A stretch of 64,000 nt of DNA from Christensenellales bacterium (GCA_045114775.1 JBGULC010000022.1:9313-73312); one strand, 5' to 3'; shown: positions 9,410 to 17,769, counted from the first letter of the stretch. Numbers and translations are program-made. The notes: generated by a model not told the origin, from the letters alone.

Positions 9410-10998
9410 TCTTCCGCCTCCTTCCCGGTGCCGGTCATGCACAGACCGATCTCCTCCTTGGTGATCTCATCCGCCTTGAATTCGCCGGTGATCCTGCCCT
9501 CATACAGCGTGATGATGCGGTCCGAAAGCCGGAAGACCTCGTCGAGGTCCGCAGAGCTTAAAAGGATCGCCGCGCCTTCGTTGCGCTTTTCAATGATGCG
9601 CGTGTGGAAGAACTCCATCGCGCCGACGTCCACGCCGCGCGTCGGCTGCGATATGACGAGCACCGGCGTATCGAAGCTGAATTCGCGCGCCACGACGACC
9701 TTCTGCATGTTGCCGCCGGACATGGACCCGACCTCAGTCCGGATGCCGGCGCCGCGGATGTCGAATTTCTGATAGAGCTCGCTCGCGTAGCGCTCGACCG
9801 TGCTGCGCCGCTGATGGAAACCGAACAGGTTGAAACGCTTCTCCTTCTGTCTGCCGACGAGCAGATTGTCCGTAACCGACGCGACCTTGTCAACACCGGT
9901 CGAAAGGCGATCCTCCGGCACGTGCGAAAGACCGAGTGCGCGGATCTCGCCGGGCGTTTTGCCCGTTGCGTCCTTACCGCAGACCGTGACCTTGCCGCGG
10001 TTGATCTTGCGCATGCCCGTGATCGCTTCGAGAAGCTCGCTCTGTCCGTTGCCCTCGATCGCCGCAATGCCCAATACCTCGCCCTTGCGGACGGAAAGCG
10101 ACACGCCGCGCACTGCGGGAAGACCGCGGTTGTCCGCAACATAGAGATCTTTGACCTCGATCGCGACCTCGCCGGGCTCGCCGGTCTTCTCGAGACGATC
10201 GAACAGCACGGGACGCCCGACCATCATGGAGGCCAGCGTCTTTTCGTCGACGTCCTTTGTTTCCTTTACGCCGATCAGCTTGCCCTGCCGCATGACGCCG
10301 ACGCGGTCGGAGATCGCCATGACCTCGTAAAGCTTGTGCGTGATGATGATGACTGTGACCTGCTTCTCGCGCACAATGCGGCGAATGACCTCAAAGAGCT
10401 CGTCCGTTTCCTGCGGCGTCAGAACCGCCGTCGGCTCGTCGAGGATCAGGATGTCCGCGCCGCGGTAGAGCGTTTTCAAAATCTCCACGCGCTGTTGGAG
10501 TCCCACGGAGATATCGCGGATCTCAGCCGAAGGATCGACTTCAAGGCCGTACTCCTTCACAAGCTCTCTTGTGAGATCCTCCGCTTTCCGATTGTTGAAC
10601 ATTATGCCCGCCCGCTTCGGCTCATGGCCCAGAACGATGTTCTGCGCGACGGTAAACGACGGGACCAGCATGAAGTGCTGATGCACCATGCCGATGCCGC
10701 GGTCGATCGCCGCCTTCGGAGAAAACTCCGTGACCTTCTCGCCGCGCACGTATAAGTTTCCCGCCGTCGGCGTGTTGATGCCGTACAGGATGTTCATCAG
10801 CGTCGACTTGCCCGCGCCGTTTTCGCCGACCAGGGCGAACACCTCGCCGTTTCGGATCGAAAGCGAGATGTCGTCGTTTGCAAGCACGCCCGGAAACTCC
10901 ATGGAGATATGTTCAAACCGGATCTCGTCCACAGCTTCGCCGGCTTCGGGAACCGCTCCGTTTGCGGGATCATTTTCAAACCGGATCTCGTCCGTCAA
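9406..10998 (-). CDS. ABC transporter ATP-binding protein with two fused NBDs
   Basis: Two Walker A / signature sets (GENGAGKST ... ; second NBD with LSGGNMQK-type signature MSGGNMQKV). Start uncertain: TTG at 10998 has a GGGGGAG SD. Alternatives are 11043 (TTG) and 10932 (GTG). Confidence 0.85.
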   Translation of the reverse strand: MTDEIRFENDPANGAVPEAGEAVDEIRFEHISMEFPGVLANDDISLSIRNGEVFALVGENGAGKSTLMNILYGINTPTAGNLYVRGEKVTEFSPKAAIDRGIGMVHQHFMLVPSFTVAQNIVLGHEPKRAGIMFNNRKAEDLTRELVKEYGLEVDPSAEIRDISVGLQQRVEILKTLYRGADILILDEPTAVLTPQETDELFEVIRRIVREKQVTVIIITHKLYEVMAISDRVGVMRQGKLIGVKETKDVDEKTLASMMVGRPVLFDRLEKTGEPGEVAIEVKDLYVADNRGLPAVRGVSLSVRKGEVLGIAAIEGNGQSELLEAITGMRKINRGKVTVCGKDATGKTPGEIRALGLSHVPEDRLSTGVDKVASVTDNLLVGRQKEKRFNLFGFHQRRSTVERYASELYQKFDIRGAGIRTEVGSMSGGNMQKVVVAREFSFDTPVLVISQPTRGVDVGAMEFFHTRIIEKRNEGAAILLSSADLDEVFRLSDRIITLYEGRITGEFKADEITKEEIGLCMTGTGKEAEE

Positions 10999-11110
10999 GG
11001 TATCACTCCCCCTTCTCTGTTCTGTGCCGCAGGCACATCGCAAAATGCGGCTTGCACCGCGAAAAAAGGCGGAAGCCGCCCCAAAGTGACAGCTTCCGCG
11101 CCGTTTGCAA

Positions 11111-12094
11111 TTATCTCGTGGTTTCGACCTTGATCTCGCCGGAAGCGATCTTCTTCGCGAGCTCTTCGACCATCGTCTTCACTTCGGCCGGGACCTGCTG
11201 GGTCGCGCCCTCTTCGCCGTAGCCGATGCCGATGTAGCCGTTCGTCATATCGGCGACCCAGGTCGTGCCGAGCTGGGACTTATCGCCCGACAGGAGCTTC
11301 GAAACGGCGTCATAGATGGACTTGCCGACTTCCTTCTTCATCGAGCAGATGATGACGGCGTCGTTGATGTATTTCTGATCGGAGTCGACGCCGATCGCAT
11401 AGTAACCGCCCTCCTGCGCCGCCTCGAATACGCCGTCGCCGGCCTTCGACGCAACCTGGAAGATGACGTCCGCGCCTTTGTCGTGCAGGACCTTCGCGCA
11501 GTCCTTGCCCTTCGCCGGATCGTCCCAGCTTCCCGTATAGTTGACTTCGACCTTGGTCGCGTCGTTGAAGTACTTCGCACCCTGCTTGTAGCCCACGATG
11601 AAGTCGTTGATCGTGATGTTGTCCTCGCCTCCGACCGCGCCGACCGTGCCGGTCTTGCTCATCGCAGCCGCAATGTAGCCCGCCAGGAACGAACCCTCGT
11701 TCTGAGCGTACGTGATGTTCAGCACGTTCGAGACGTCCTTGCTCGTCGCATTGTCGATCCAGATAAAGCTGACGTCCGGATACGTCGGCGCGACGCTCTC
11801 GATGTCTTCAAACTCCCAGCCGACGCAGATGACGATGCCGGACTTGTCCGCAGCGTTCTTCATGTACATCGTCCAGTTCTCGTTGTTGCACTCGATGTAC
11901 TTGACCTCGACCTTGTCCGCAAAGTCCTTTGCAATACGCTCGCCGCCCAGCTTGGACTGATCATAGAACGAACGGTCGCCGAACTGACCGGCAACGACGA
12001 TCGTAACGACGGTCTTGTCGGAACCCTTCGTGCACGCGGCCATGCAGCCGAGCGTCAGCACGATCGCCAGCATCAATGCCAAAAATTTCTTCAT
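11111..12094 (-). CDS. BMP-family ABC substrate-binding lipoprotein (Med/PnrA/TmpC-like)
   Basis: MKKFLALMLAIVLTLGCMAAC lipobox. BMP-family stretches (NEGSFLAGYIAA, TVGAVGG, GADVIFQVA, YAIGVDSDQ). ATG at 12094 after CAGGAGG. Confidence 0.85.
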   Translation of the reverse strand: MKKFLALMLAIVLTLGCMAACTKGSDKTVVTIVVAGQFGDRSFYDQSKLGGERIAKDFADKVEVKYIECNNENWTMYMKNAADKSGIVICVGWEFEDIESVAPTYPDVSFIWIDNATSKDVSNVLNITYAQNEGSFLAGYIAAAMSKTGTVGAVGGEDNITINDFIVGYKQGAKYFNDATKVEVNYTGSWDDPAKGKDCAKVLHDKGADVIFQVASKAGDGVFEAAQEGGYYAIGVDSDQKYINDAVIICSMKKEVGKSIYDAVSKLLSGDKSQLGTTWVADMTNGYIGIGYGEEGATQQVPAEVKTMVEELAKKIASGEIKVETTR

Positions 12095-12137
12095 AACCGA
12101 TATCCTCCTGTGTATTGCCCTTTTCGGGTACGATATC

Positions 12138-12166
12138 AGTATAATACGGATCCTCAGCTTTTTCAA
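12138..12166 (-). promoter_or_regulatory. Candidate sigma-A promoter of the BMP ABC operon
   Basis: Minus strand TTGAAA-17 nt-TATACT, about 45 nt upstream of the ATG. Confidence 0.45.
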
Positions 12167-12243
12167 CCCGCATTTTTCGGAAAAAAGCGCATGCGCTGCC
12201 GGTCCCGCGTGCAAACTAACCGAAAAGAAAGGAGGTCCACGCA

Positions 12244-12408
12244 ATGGAACACAGCGAACAGAGCATCGGCTGCGAAGTGAAGAGCTGCCGATTCAACGAA
12301 AGCGGCCGCCGCTGCGGTCTCAGCAGCATCTGGGTCCGCCCCGCGCACGATACGGCGACCGGCCGTCAGAACGAAAGCCTCTGCGGCTCCTATGAACACC
12401 GCGATTGA
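12244..12408 (+). CDS. Small Cys-rich protein, DUF1540-like (54 aa, absent from ORF track)
   Basis: AAGGAGG 8 nt upstream of the ATG. MEHSEQSIGCEVKSCRFNESGRRCGLSSIWVRPAHDTATGRQNESLCGSYEHRD. The C-x4-C ... C ... C pattern is as I remember it for DUF1540. Followed by a hairpin terminator. Confidence 0.65.
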   Translation: MEHSEQSIGCEVKSCRFNESGRRCGLSSIWVRPAHDTATGRQNESLCGSYEHRD

Positions 12409-12419
12409 AGAACGGAAAA

Positions 12420-12447
12420 ACGGACAGCCGAAGCTGTCCGTTTCTGT
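12420..12447. terminator. Bidirectional intrinsic terminator
   Basis: ACGGACAGC-CGAA-GCTGTCCGT with T-rich tracts on both sides. Lies between convergent genes ending at 12408 and 12460. Confidence 0.65.
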
Positions 12448-12459
12448 AAGATGGGTTCC

Positions 12460-12738
12460 TTATCTGCCGCGGCGCGCTGCGAAGCACTCCGAGCAATAGA
12501 TCGGTTTGTCGTTTCTCGGCTGGAACGGCACCTTCGTGGGCTTGCCGCAAGAGGCGCAAACCGCGTCGAACATTTCGCGCTGCGGAGCGCGCGCGGCGTT
12601 CTTGCGGGCCTTACGGCATTCCGGGCAACGGACGGGGTCGTTTTTGAAATCGTTCTTGGCGTAAAATTCCTGCTCGCCCGCGCTGAAAATAAATTCCCTG
12701 CCGCAGTCTCTGCAAACCAGTGTTCTGTCTTCGTACAT
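12460..12738 (-). CDS. CxxC-x17-CxxC type zinc-ribbon protein (92 aa)
   Basis: MYEDRTLVCRDCGREFIFSAGEQEFYAKNDFKNDPVRCPECR ... AVCASCGKPTKVPFQPRNDKPIYCSECF, i.e. two CxxC-x17-CxxC units. The ATG at 12738 is used, not the 202-aa track ORF. Confidence 0.75.
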   Translation of the reverse strand: MYEDRTLVCRDCGREFIFSAGEQEFYAKNDFKNDPVRCPECRKARKNAARAPQREMFDAVCASCGKPTKVPFQPRNDKPIYCSECFAARRGR

Positions 12739-12998
12739 GATGATTTCTGTTTCCCTTCGCGATTGGTGATTATTTGATCTCCGTTTTCGGCTGACCTGGT
12801 CTTTGCCCCCACACTCGCCGGCAGGAGGGTTCGCTCCTAAAGCCTGTGCTTCCCCACTACTACCTCTCTCGGCGGTAAACCGCCGGCCGGACTTACGTCT
12901 AAGCCGCACCATGCTCACGGGCGCTTTGGCCCGCTTATGTGGATCGTTTTGCCTGCGACTGGCATCGACTTGCAACCACAGACCCGAATTCGGACATC
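12739..12998 (-). promoter_or_regulatory. Long structured 5' leader / candidate cis-regulatory RNA (unclassified)
   Basis: About 260 nt between a promoter-like element and the ATG. Several GC-rich hairpins are visible: GUGGAU...AUCCAC closing stem, UCCG-AAUU-CGGG, CGGCGG-UUUA-CCGCCG, AGGAG-CGAACC-CUCCU, CCGGC...GCCGG junction stem. Confidence 0.4.
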
Positions 12999-13004
12999 CA
13001 CACA

Positions 13005-13033
13005 AGTATAAACCATCTTTCCGTAAATAGCAA
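13005..13033 (-). promoter_or_regulatory. Candidate sigma-A promoter
   Basis: Minus strand TTGCTA-17 nt-TATACT, just downstream of the UPF0340 terminator. Confidence 0.45.
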
Positions 13034-13068
13034 AGGTTTTTTTCGGTTCCCGGAAAACTTTTTTTCAC

Positions 13069-13090
13069 GCAAAAAAGGGCCGGAGCCCTT
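13069..13090 (-). terminator. Intrinsic terminator of the UPF0340 gene
   Basis: Minus strand AAGGGC-TCCG-GCCCTT followed by TTTTTTG. Confidence 0.65.
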
Positions 13091-13103
13091 TCGATCTGTC
13101 GGT

Positions 13104-13700
13104 TTATTCCGTGACCTTCCGCTGCGCGTGCGCGTCGGAACCGACGGGGACGTTATCATATTGTGCGCGCGGGCCGCCGACATACTTCGGCCGCGAGAAC
13201 GCCATGACGAGGTTCGCTTCGCCGATATGCCGTAAAGGACTGTGCACCGGCACCGCCACGCAATGCAGATGCATGCCGATCAGCGTGTCGCCGACGTCGA
13301 TGCCGAGGATCGCCTGTCCGTTCAGGCTCTCGACCATCACCGCGTCGGGAATGCGCGCGTACGCCTCGGTCACACATGCGCCGCCCGCGTGCAGCCAGGG
13401 CTTCACCCAGACCTGCTGAAGCCCGTATTTCTTCATCGTCGCGCGCGAGCAGCACAGCGAGCGGTTGATGTGCTCGCAGCCCTGCACGGCAAGGTCGAGC
13501 CCCGCTTCTTCAACAAGCGGCAGCAGCGCGGAAAGGAGCGCTTTCGCGGCCTCCTCGCTGGAACCCGAGCCGATCCGCTTGCCGCAGATCTCGCTGGTCG
13601 AGCAGCCGAGTACGATGAGAGAGCCTTTCTCCGGCTTTGCCGCGTTCATGAGGATCGAAAACGCCTCTCTGACCTGTTCTTTGATTTCCTGTTCGTTCAT
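13104..13700 (-). CDS. UPF0340 / TIGR01440-family protein (YwlG-like)
   Basis: LIVLGCSTSEI...IGS ... LAVQGCEHINR ... GGA ... IGMHL pattern remembered for the UPF0340 family. ATG with GAGGT SD. Confidence 0.65.
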   Translation of the reverse strand: MNEQEIKEQVREAFSILMNAAKPEKGSLIVLGCSTSEICGKRIGSGSSEEAAKALLSALLPLVEEAGLDLAVQGCEHINRSLCCSRATMKKYGLQQVWVKPWLHAGGACVTEAYARIPDAVMVESLNGQAILGIDVGDTLIGMHLHCVAVPVHSPLRHIGEANLVMAFSRPKYVGGPRAQYDNVPVGSDAHAQRKVTE

Positions 13701-13861
13701 AATGGTTACCTCGGATGGATGATTCTGGTGATCTCGTTTGCGCAGGCAAATATATCGCGCGGCGTGAACCGCATATCGTTTGAAGTCCCCTGCGGGACGC
13801 GATATACCTGCGGCACAATGAGTATATCCGTTCCGACCCGCAAAGTCAAGGGACGAACCCT

Positions 13862-13890
13862 TTGCAAAAGCCTTTGCAGTATGATATACT
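13862..13890 (+). promoter_or_regulatory. Candidate promoter placed for a leaderless mutY transcript
   Basis: TTGCAA-17 nt-TATACT with only 6 nt between the -10 and the ATG. No SD. Confidence 0.4.
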
Positions 13891-13896
13891 TTCGGT

Positions 13897-14904
13897 ATGG
13901 GATTTGTTGAACTTCTTATGAACTGGTATCCGGAGCATCACCGCGATCTCCCGTGGCGCAGGACCCGCGATCCGTACGCGATCTGGGTCAGCGAGATCAT
14001 GCTGCAGCAAACGCGCGTCGCGGCGGTGATCCCGTATTATGAACGCTTTCTCAGAGAACTGCCCGACGTACAGGCGCTTGCCGCGGTCTCCGACGATCGG
14101 CTGAATCTGCTCTGGCAGGGGCTTGGGTACTATTCGCGTGCAAGAAACCTGAAAAAGGCCGCGCAGACCGTCTGCGAGCGTTATGCCGGAATGATGCCGG
14201 ACTCGTACGAGGCGCTTCTCCGCCTCCCCGGGATCGGCGGCTACACCGCGGGCGCGATCGCCTCGATCGCATACGGCGAACGCGTGCCCGCCGTCGACGG
14301 AAACGTCCTTCGCGTCTGCGCAAGACTGATGAACGACCCGTCCGATATTGCCGACCCCGCGGTGAAGAAACGCGTGTTCGACACGCTTTCCGCCGTCATG
14401 CCTTTTGACGCGGGCACGTTCAACCAGGCGATGATGGAGCTCGGCGCGGTCGTCTGCGTACCGAACGGGCAGCCGGACTGCGGCGCCTGCCCGCTTGCGT
14501 CCGTATGCAAAGCCCTCTCGGCGGGCACGGCGGGGCTTCTGCCGAACAAGACCCCGAAAAAGCCGCGCGCGATCGAAAACCGCACGGTCTTCGCGCTGTA
14601 TGATCATGGCAGACCGCTGCTGCTGAAGCGTCCGGAAAAGGGGCTTCTTGCCGGGCTTTACGAGCTGCCGAGTGTTTCCGGCATACTGTCGGCTGCCGAA
14701 GCGGCGGCATGGATGACGTCGCACGGGCTGCACCCGGTCGGCGATCTTTCCGTCTGTTCCGCAAAGCACGTCTTCACGCACATCGAATGGCGCATGCGCG
14801 TGTACGCCGCGGACGTCGCAGGAGAGGGTATCGGCGCGTTCATCCGCTCCGACGGCTCGCAATCGGTACCGACCGCGTTTGCAGTCTGTCTGAAGGATCG
14901 GTAA
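13897..14904 (+). CDS. mutY: A/G-specific adenine DNA glycosylase
   Basis: LPWR..DPY.IWVSEIMLQQTRV, HhH-GPD region (LPGIGGYTAGAIASIAYG, VDGNV), FeS cluster loop C-x6-C-xx-C-x5-C (CVPNGQPDCGACPLASVC), C-terminal NUDIX-like domain. Confidence 0.9.
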   Translation: MGFVELLMNWYPEHHRDLPWRRTRDPYAIWVSEIMLQQTRVAAVIPYYERFLRELPDVQALAAVSDDRLNLLWQGLGYYSRARNLKKAAQTVCERYAGMMPDSYEALLRLPGIGGYTAGAIASIAYGERVPAVDGNVLRVCARLMNDPSDIADPAVKKRVFDTLSAVMPFDAGTFNQAMMELGAVVCVPNGQPDCGACPLASVCKALSAGTAGLLPNKTPKKPRAIENRTVFALYDHGRPLLLKRPEKGLLAGLYELPSVSGILSAAEAAAWMTSHGLHPVGDLSVCSAKHVFTHIEWRMRVYAADVAGEGIGAFIRSDGSQSVPTAFAVCLKDR

Positions 14905-15010
14905 GTTTCGTTATTTTTGTAACATTATCATGAAAGAAAGCGGAAAGCCGGTTGCGTACGCGCCCGGCATGCTATGATAAAATCACTGTAATCGACGGAG
15001 GGACACGGAT

Positions 15011-16114
15011 ATGAAAAAAAGCTTGATCGTATTGTTGGCGGTGCTGCTTCTGGCAGTGGGATGCGGACGGATCGAATTGAAGCCGGAGATCACGCAGCCG
15101 ACGGCCGCGCCGGAAAGCACGCCGACCGCGGAGCCGCAGGAAACGCCGGCGCAGGAACCGGCCGCGAACGGAACGCCGGAGCCGAACTGCTTCGACGCGC
15201 TGATCGGAGACTGGACGATCGTTTCGGTCGTACTCGGCGGAGAAGCGCTTGATCCCGCGTCCGTCGGCATGGATTCGACCGTTTCCTTTTTCGGAAACGG
15301 CGCGGGCGTCATCCGGGCGCAGGCCAACGGCAAGGAAACGAAACAGATCTTCACTTTCGGCGTTTCCGGAAACCGGATCGAGATGTTCGACGAGGTAAAC
15401 ACCCGGGCGGAGGCGGTCTACGAACCGGAAACGGATACGATCCTCTGGAAGGGGGATATGATCGTATCGCTCGTGCTGACAAGAAAAACAGATTCGCAGA
15501 AGCCCGCGCCGGAGCCTGCGGAAGAGGACATCGACTATACGACGGCGGAGATCGAGCGGAACTCGAATGATAACGGCTCGGATATGGTCTCGATCACCGT
15601 GCCCGTACCCGCGCACGGCAAGGTGCGGATCGTGTTTCAGCACCAGGACGATTACTTCTACGAAAATACCGAAGACAAGCCGATGAAACGTAAGGTGAAG
15701 ATCCCTGTTGAGATCTTCTATCCGAACATGCCGGTGCCCCCGGGGGATTACGAATGCATACCCGAGATCATCGTAACGTTTGCGGACGGCACGGAGCAGC
15801 CGGTTGCGTGTCCGCCGATCTCACTGACGTTCCCGCAGCTTTCGATCAAAGGCATGCCTGACGAATACATGCAGGACTACGGTATATATCACGTCAAGGC
15901 GAACGCGGACGGCGTCTTCACGTTCGAAGGCACGGTCGACGGCCAGGACGTCGCAGTTTATGTCGACGGCGTCCCCGTACAGGTGTATTACGGCGGCGTC
16001 TTTACGGCGGAGCTGACCGTCGAAAACGGCGAACCGACGCTGCGCGAGATCCGCGCAGAGCGGATGAACTGGATGACAGACGTCCTTCTGGTGATCGTCG
16101 AGCCCTGCACTTGA
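15011..16114 (+). CDS. Lipoprotein, unknown function (lipocalin-like N-terminal module)
   Basis: MKKSLIVLLAVLLLAVGC lipobox, P/E/T linker, GDWTIVSVVLGGEAL...TFGVSGNRIEMF module. Confidence 0.7.
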   Translation: MKKSLIVLLAVLLLAVGCGRIELKPEITQPTAAPESTPTAEPQETPAQEPAANGTPEPNCFDALIGDWTIVSVVLGGEALDPASVGMDSTVSFFGNGAGVIRAQANGKETKQIFTFGVSGNRIEMFDEVNTRAEAVYEPETDTILWKGDMIVSLVLTRKTDSQKPAPEPAEEDIDYTTAEIERNSNDNGSDMVSITVPVPAHGKVRIVFQHQDDYFYENTEDKPMKRKVKIPVEIFYPNMPVPPGDYECIPEIIVTFADGTEQPVACPPISLTFPQLSIKGMPDEYMQDYGIYHVKANADGVFTFEGTVDGQDVAVYVDGVPVQVYYGGVFTAELTVENGEPTLREIRAERMNWMTDVLLVIVEPCT

Positions 16115-16186
16115 CAGAACCCGGCGATTATGGTATGCTTCGATCGCCCGAAAGGGCCTTCATACAGAATATAAAGGAGAGACAAA

Positions 16187-17011
16187 ATGAAGAAATATCT
16201 GATCCTCGCGTTGGCGCTGCTGATGGTACTGTCGCTGTTCGCCTGCCAAAAGACGGAAAACACGCCGGACGCCGAAGCGCAGCCGGCGGCAAACGAACCC
16301 GCAAACAATCCGGAACCCGAGCCTGAGCCCGAGCCCGAGCCTCAGCCTGAGCCTGAACCCGAGCCTGAGCCCGCAGCCGTCGAGTGGCCGGACAGCATCG
16401 TGGACGTATGGGTCATGACAAAGTTCGAATACAACGGCATGACGATGAACGCCGCCGATTTCGGCATGAACGGTACGTTTGAGTTCACCGCCGACGGCAA
16501 GGTCATCGCGAAGATGGGCGACGAGAGCGCGGAAAGCACATATACCGTTTCCGGAAACACCGTTACAATGATCAATGATGATCAATCGATCACCGGCGAG
16601 TACAATTCCGAGACAGACTCGATCGCTTTTGAGGAAGATGGCGGAAAGATTATCTTTGAGCGTAAGTCGAATGTACCCGAAACGCCGGAATCCGAGCCCG
16701 CCGAGGATATCCCCGCAACCGAAGCGGACGTGATCGGTACCTGGGCTGCAACGAAAGCACAGATGGGCACGACCATTCTGCCGCTCGATATGCTGGGCAT
16801 CACGATGACGTTCGTATTCAACTCGGACGGCACGGTGACTGTTGAAACCAACGGCGAGAGCACCGAACCCACAGTGTGGACGATCACGGACGGCAAGGTC
16901 ACGATCGGCTCCTCCAGCGAAGTCGAGTACGAAATGACGTATGACGGCACGTATCTGAAGCTTTTGGAGCCCAACTCCGGCGTTGAGATCCTGTTTGAGA
17001 AGCAGAACTGA
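16187..17011 (+). CDS. Lipoprotein with (PE)n linker and two lipocalin-like modules
   Basis: MKKYLILALALLMVLSLFAC lipobox. PEPEPEPEPEPQPEPEPEPEP is encoded by a CCNGAG hexamer repeat at about 16311-16371. Two related ~90-aa modules. Confidence 0.7.
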   Translation: MKKYLILALALLMVLSLFACQKTENTPDAEAQPAANEPANNPEPEPEPEPEPQPEPEPEPEPAAVEWPDSIVDVWVMTKFEYNGMTMNAADFGMNGTFEFTADGKVIAKMGDESAESTYTVSGNTVTMINDDQSITGEYNSETDSIAFEEDGGKIIFERKSNVPETPESEPAEDIPATEADVIGTWAATKAQMGTTILPLDMLGITMTFVFNSDGTVTVETNGESTEPTVWTITDGKVTIGSSSEVEYEMTYDGTYLKLLEPNSGVEILFEKQN

Positions 17012-17014
17012 TCC

Positions 17015-17046
17015 GTTAAGCGCAAAGGACTGTCCCACGGGACAGT
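17015..17046 (+). terminator. Intrinsic terminator
   Basis: AAGGACTGTCCC..GGGACAGTCCTT followed by TTTTG. Confidence 0.7.
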
Positions 17047-17080
17047 CCTTTTTGTGTTCTCTTTTTTTGCTCGCTCAAGC

Positions 17081-17104
17081 CGCCGGGTATCATAAAGGAC
17101 GGCT
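17081..17104 (-). terminator. Intrinsic terminator of the 17130-17621 gene
   Basis: Minus strand GGACGGC-GTCA-GCCGTCC followed by TTTATG. Confidence 0.5.
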
Positions 17105-17129
17105 GACGCCGTCCGTTCTGAAACGATCC

Positions 17130-17621
17130 TCAGAATATTTTATTGAATACGTAACGGAAGTTGCCCGTCGCCGCCAGAATAATCATAGCCGTTCCGATGA
17201 TGATCAGCGACAGGATCAGATAGCACCAGTAGGATCGGGCATAGCTGCGGCGATTGATGTTCGCGCTGCTGCACGAGAAGATGATCAGGAACACGAAGCC
17301 GACGATCGGAATTGCAAACAGCAGAGAATAGCCCACATACGCCCATGCGGAGAGCGGACGGAACTTCTCCGGAAGCTCCTCCTGCGTGATCTCACGCTGC
17401 TGTTGGATCACGATCGGCTGCGGCTGATACGCAGGCGGCGTCTGCTGCACAGGCTGATACTGCGGGGTCTGATAGACCGGCGTCTGCTGCACGGGCTCCT
17501 GCTGAACCGGCGTGTCCGGCTGCGGCGCAGCCTTCGGCTGATTCTGCGATAAATTTGCTCCGCAATTCGGACAGAATACTGTGCCTTCCTCTAACTTACT
17601 TCCGCATTCGGTACAAAACAT
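17130..17621 (-). CDS. Zinc-ribbon / Q,P-rich linker / multi-TM membrane protein
   Basis: MFCTECGSKLEEGTVFCPNCG, then a PVQQ/YQP-rich linker, then TM helices (AYVGYSLLFAIPIVGFVFLIIF, YWCYLILSLIIIGTAMIILA). Confidence 0.75.
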   Translation of the reverse strand: MFCTECGSKLEEGTVFCPNCGANLSQNQPKAAPQPDTPVQQEPVQQTPVYQTPQYQPVQQTPPAYQPQPIVIQQQREITQEELPEKFRPLSAWAYVGYSLLFAIPIVGFVFLIIFSCSSANINRRSYARSYWCYLILSLIIIGTAMIILAATGNFRYVFNKIF

Positions 17622-17675
17622 TGCTGAACCTCCCTGTTATTTCCGCCGCGCAAGGCGCGATCGGTGATATGATAT

Positions 17676-17704
17676 ATTTTACAAAAATCCCCCTGTTTTG
17701 TCAA
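17676..17704 (-). promoter_or_regulatory. Candidate sigma-A promoter
   Basis: Minus strand TTGACA-17 nt-TAAAAT, about 55 nt upstream of the ATG at 17621. Confidence 0.55.
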
Positions 17705-17769
17705 TGGATTTCCGCATATAGCCTGCTTTGAACGGTCCTTCCGACGCGATCCGTTTCGCCTGTTTCCGA

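Noticed and set aside
12739-12998. Calling the leader a glycine or guanidine-I (ykkC) riboswitch
   Set aside because: Only short fragments resemble those classes (CAGGCAAAA; CCGAGAGA; GGGGGCAA). The invariant cores are absent and the downstream gene does not fit either regulon.
12739-13068. N-terminal 110 codons of the 202-aa track ORF (12460..13068)
   Set aside because: No SD. The segment contains a promoter and a terminator of the upstream gene and is low-complexity. The conserved zinc-ribbon protein starts at the internal ATG 12738. Treated as an untranslated leader.
13846-14862. 338-aa minus-strand ORF
   Set aside because: Antisense to mutY, which has unambiguous glycosylase and FeS motifs.
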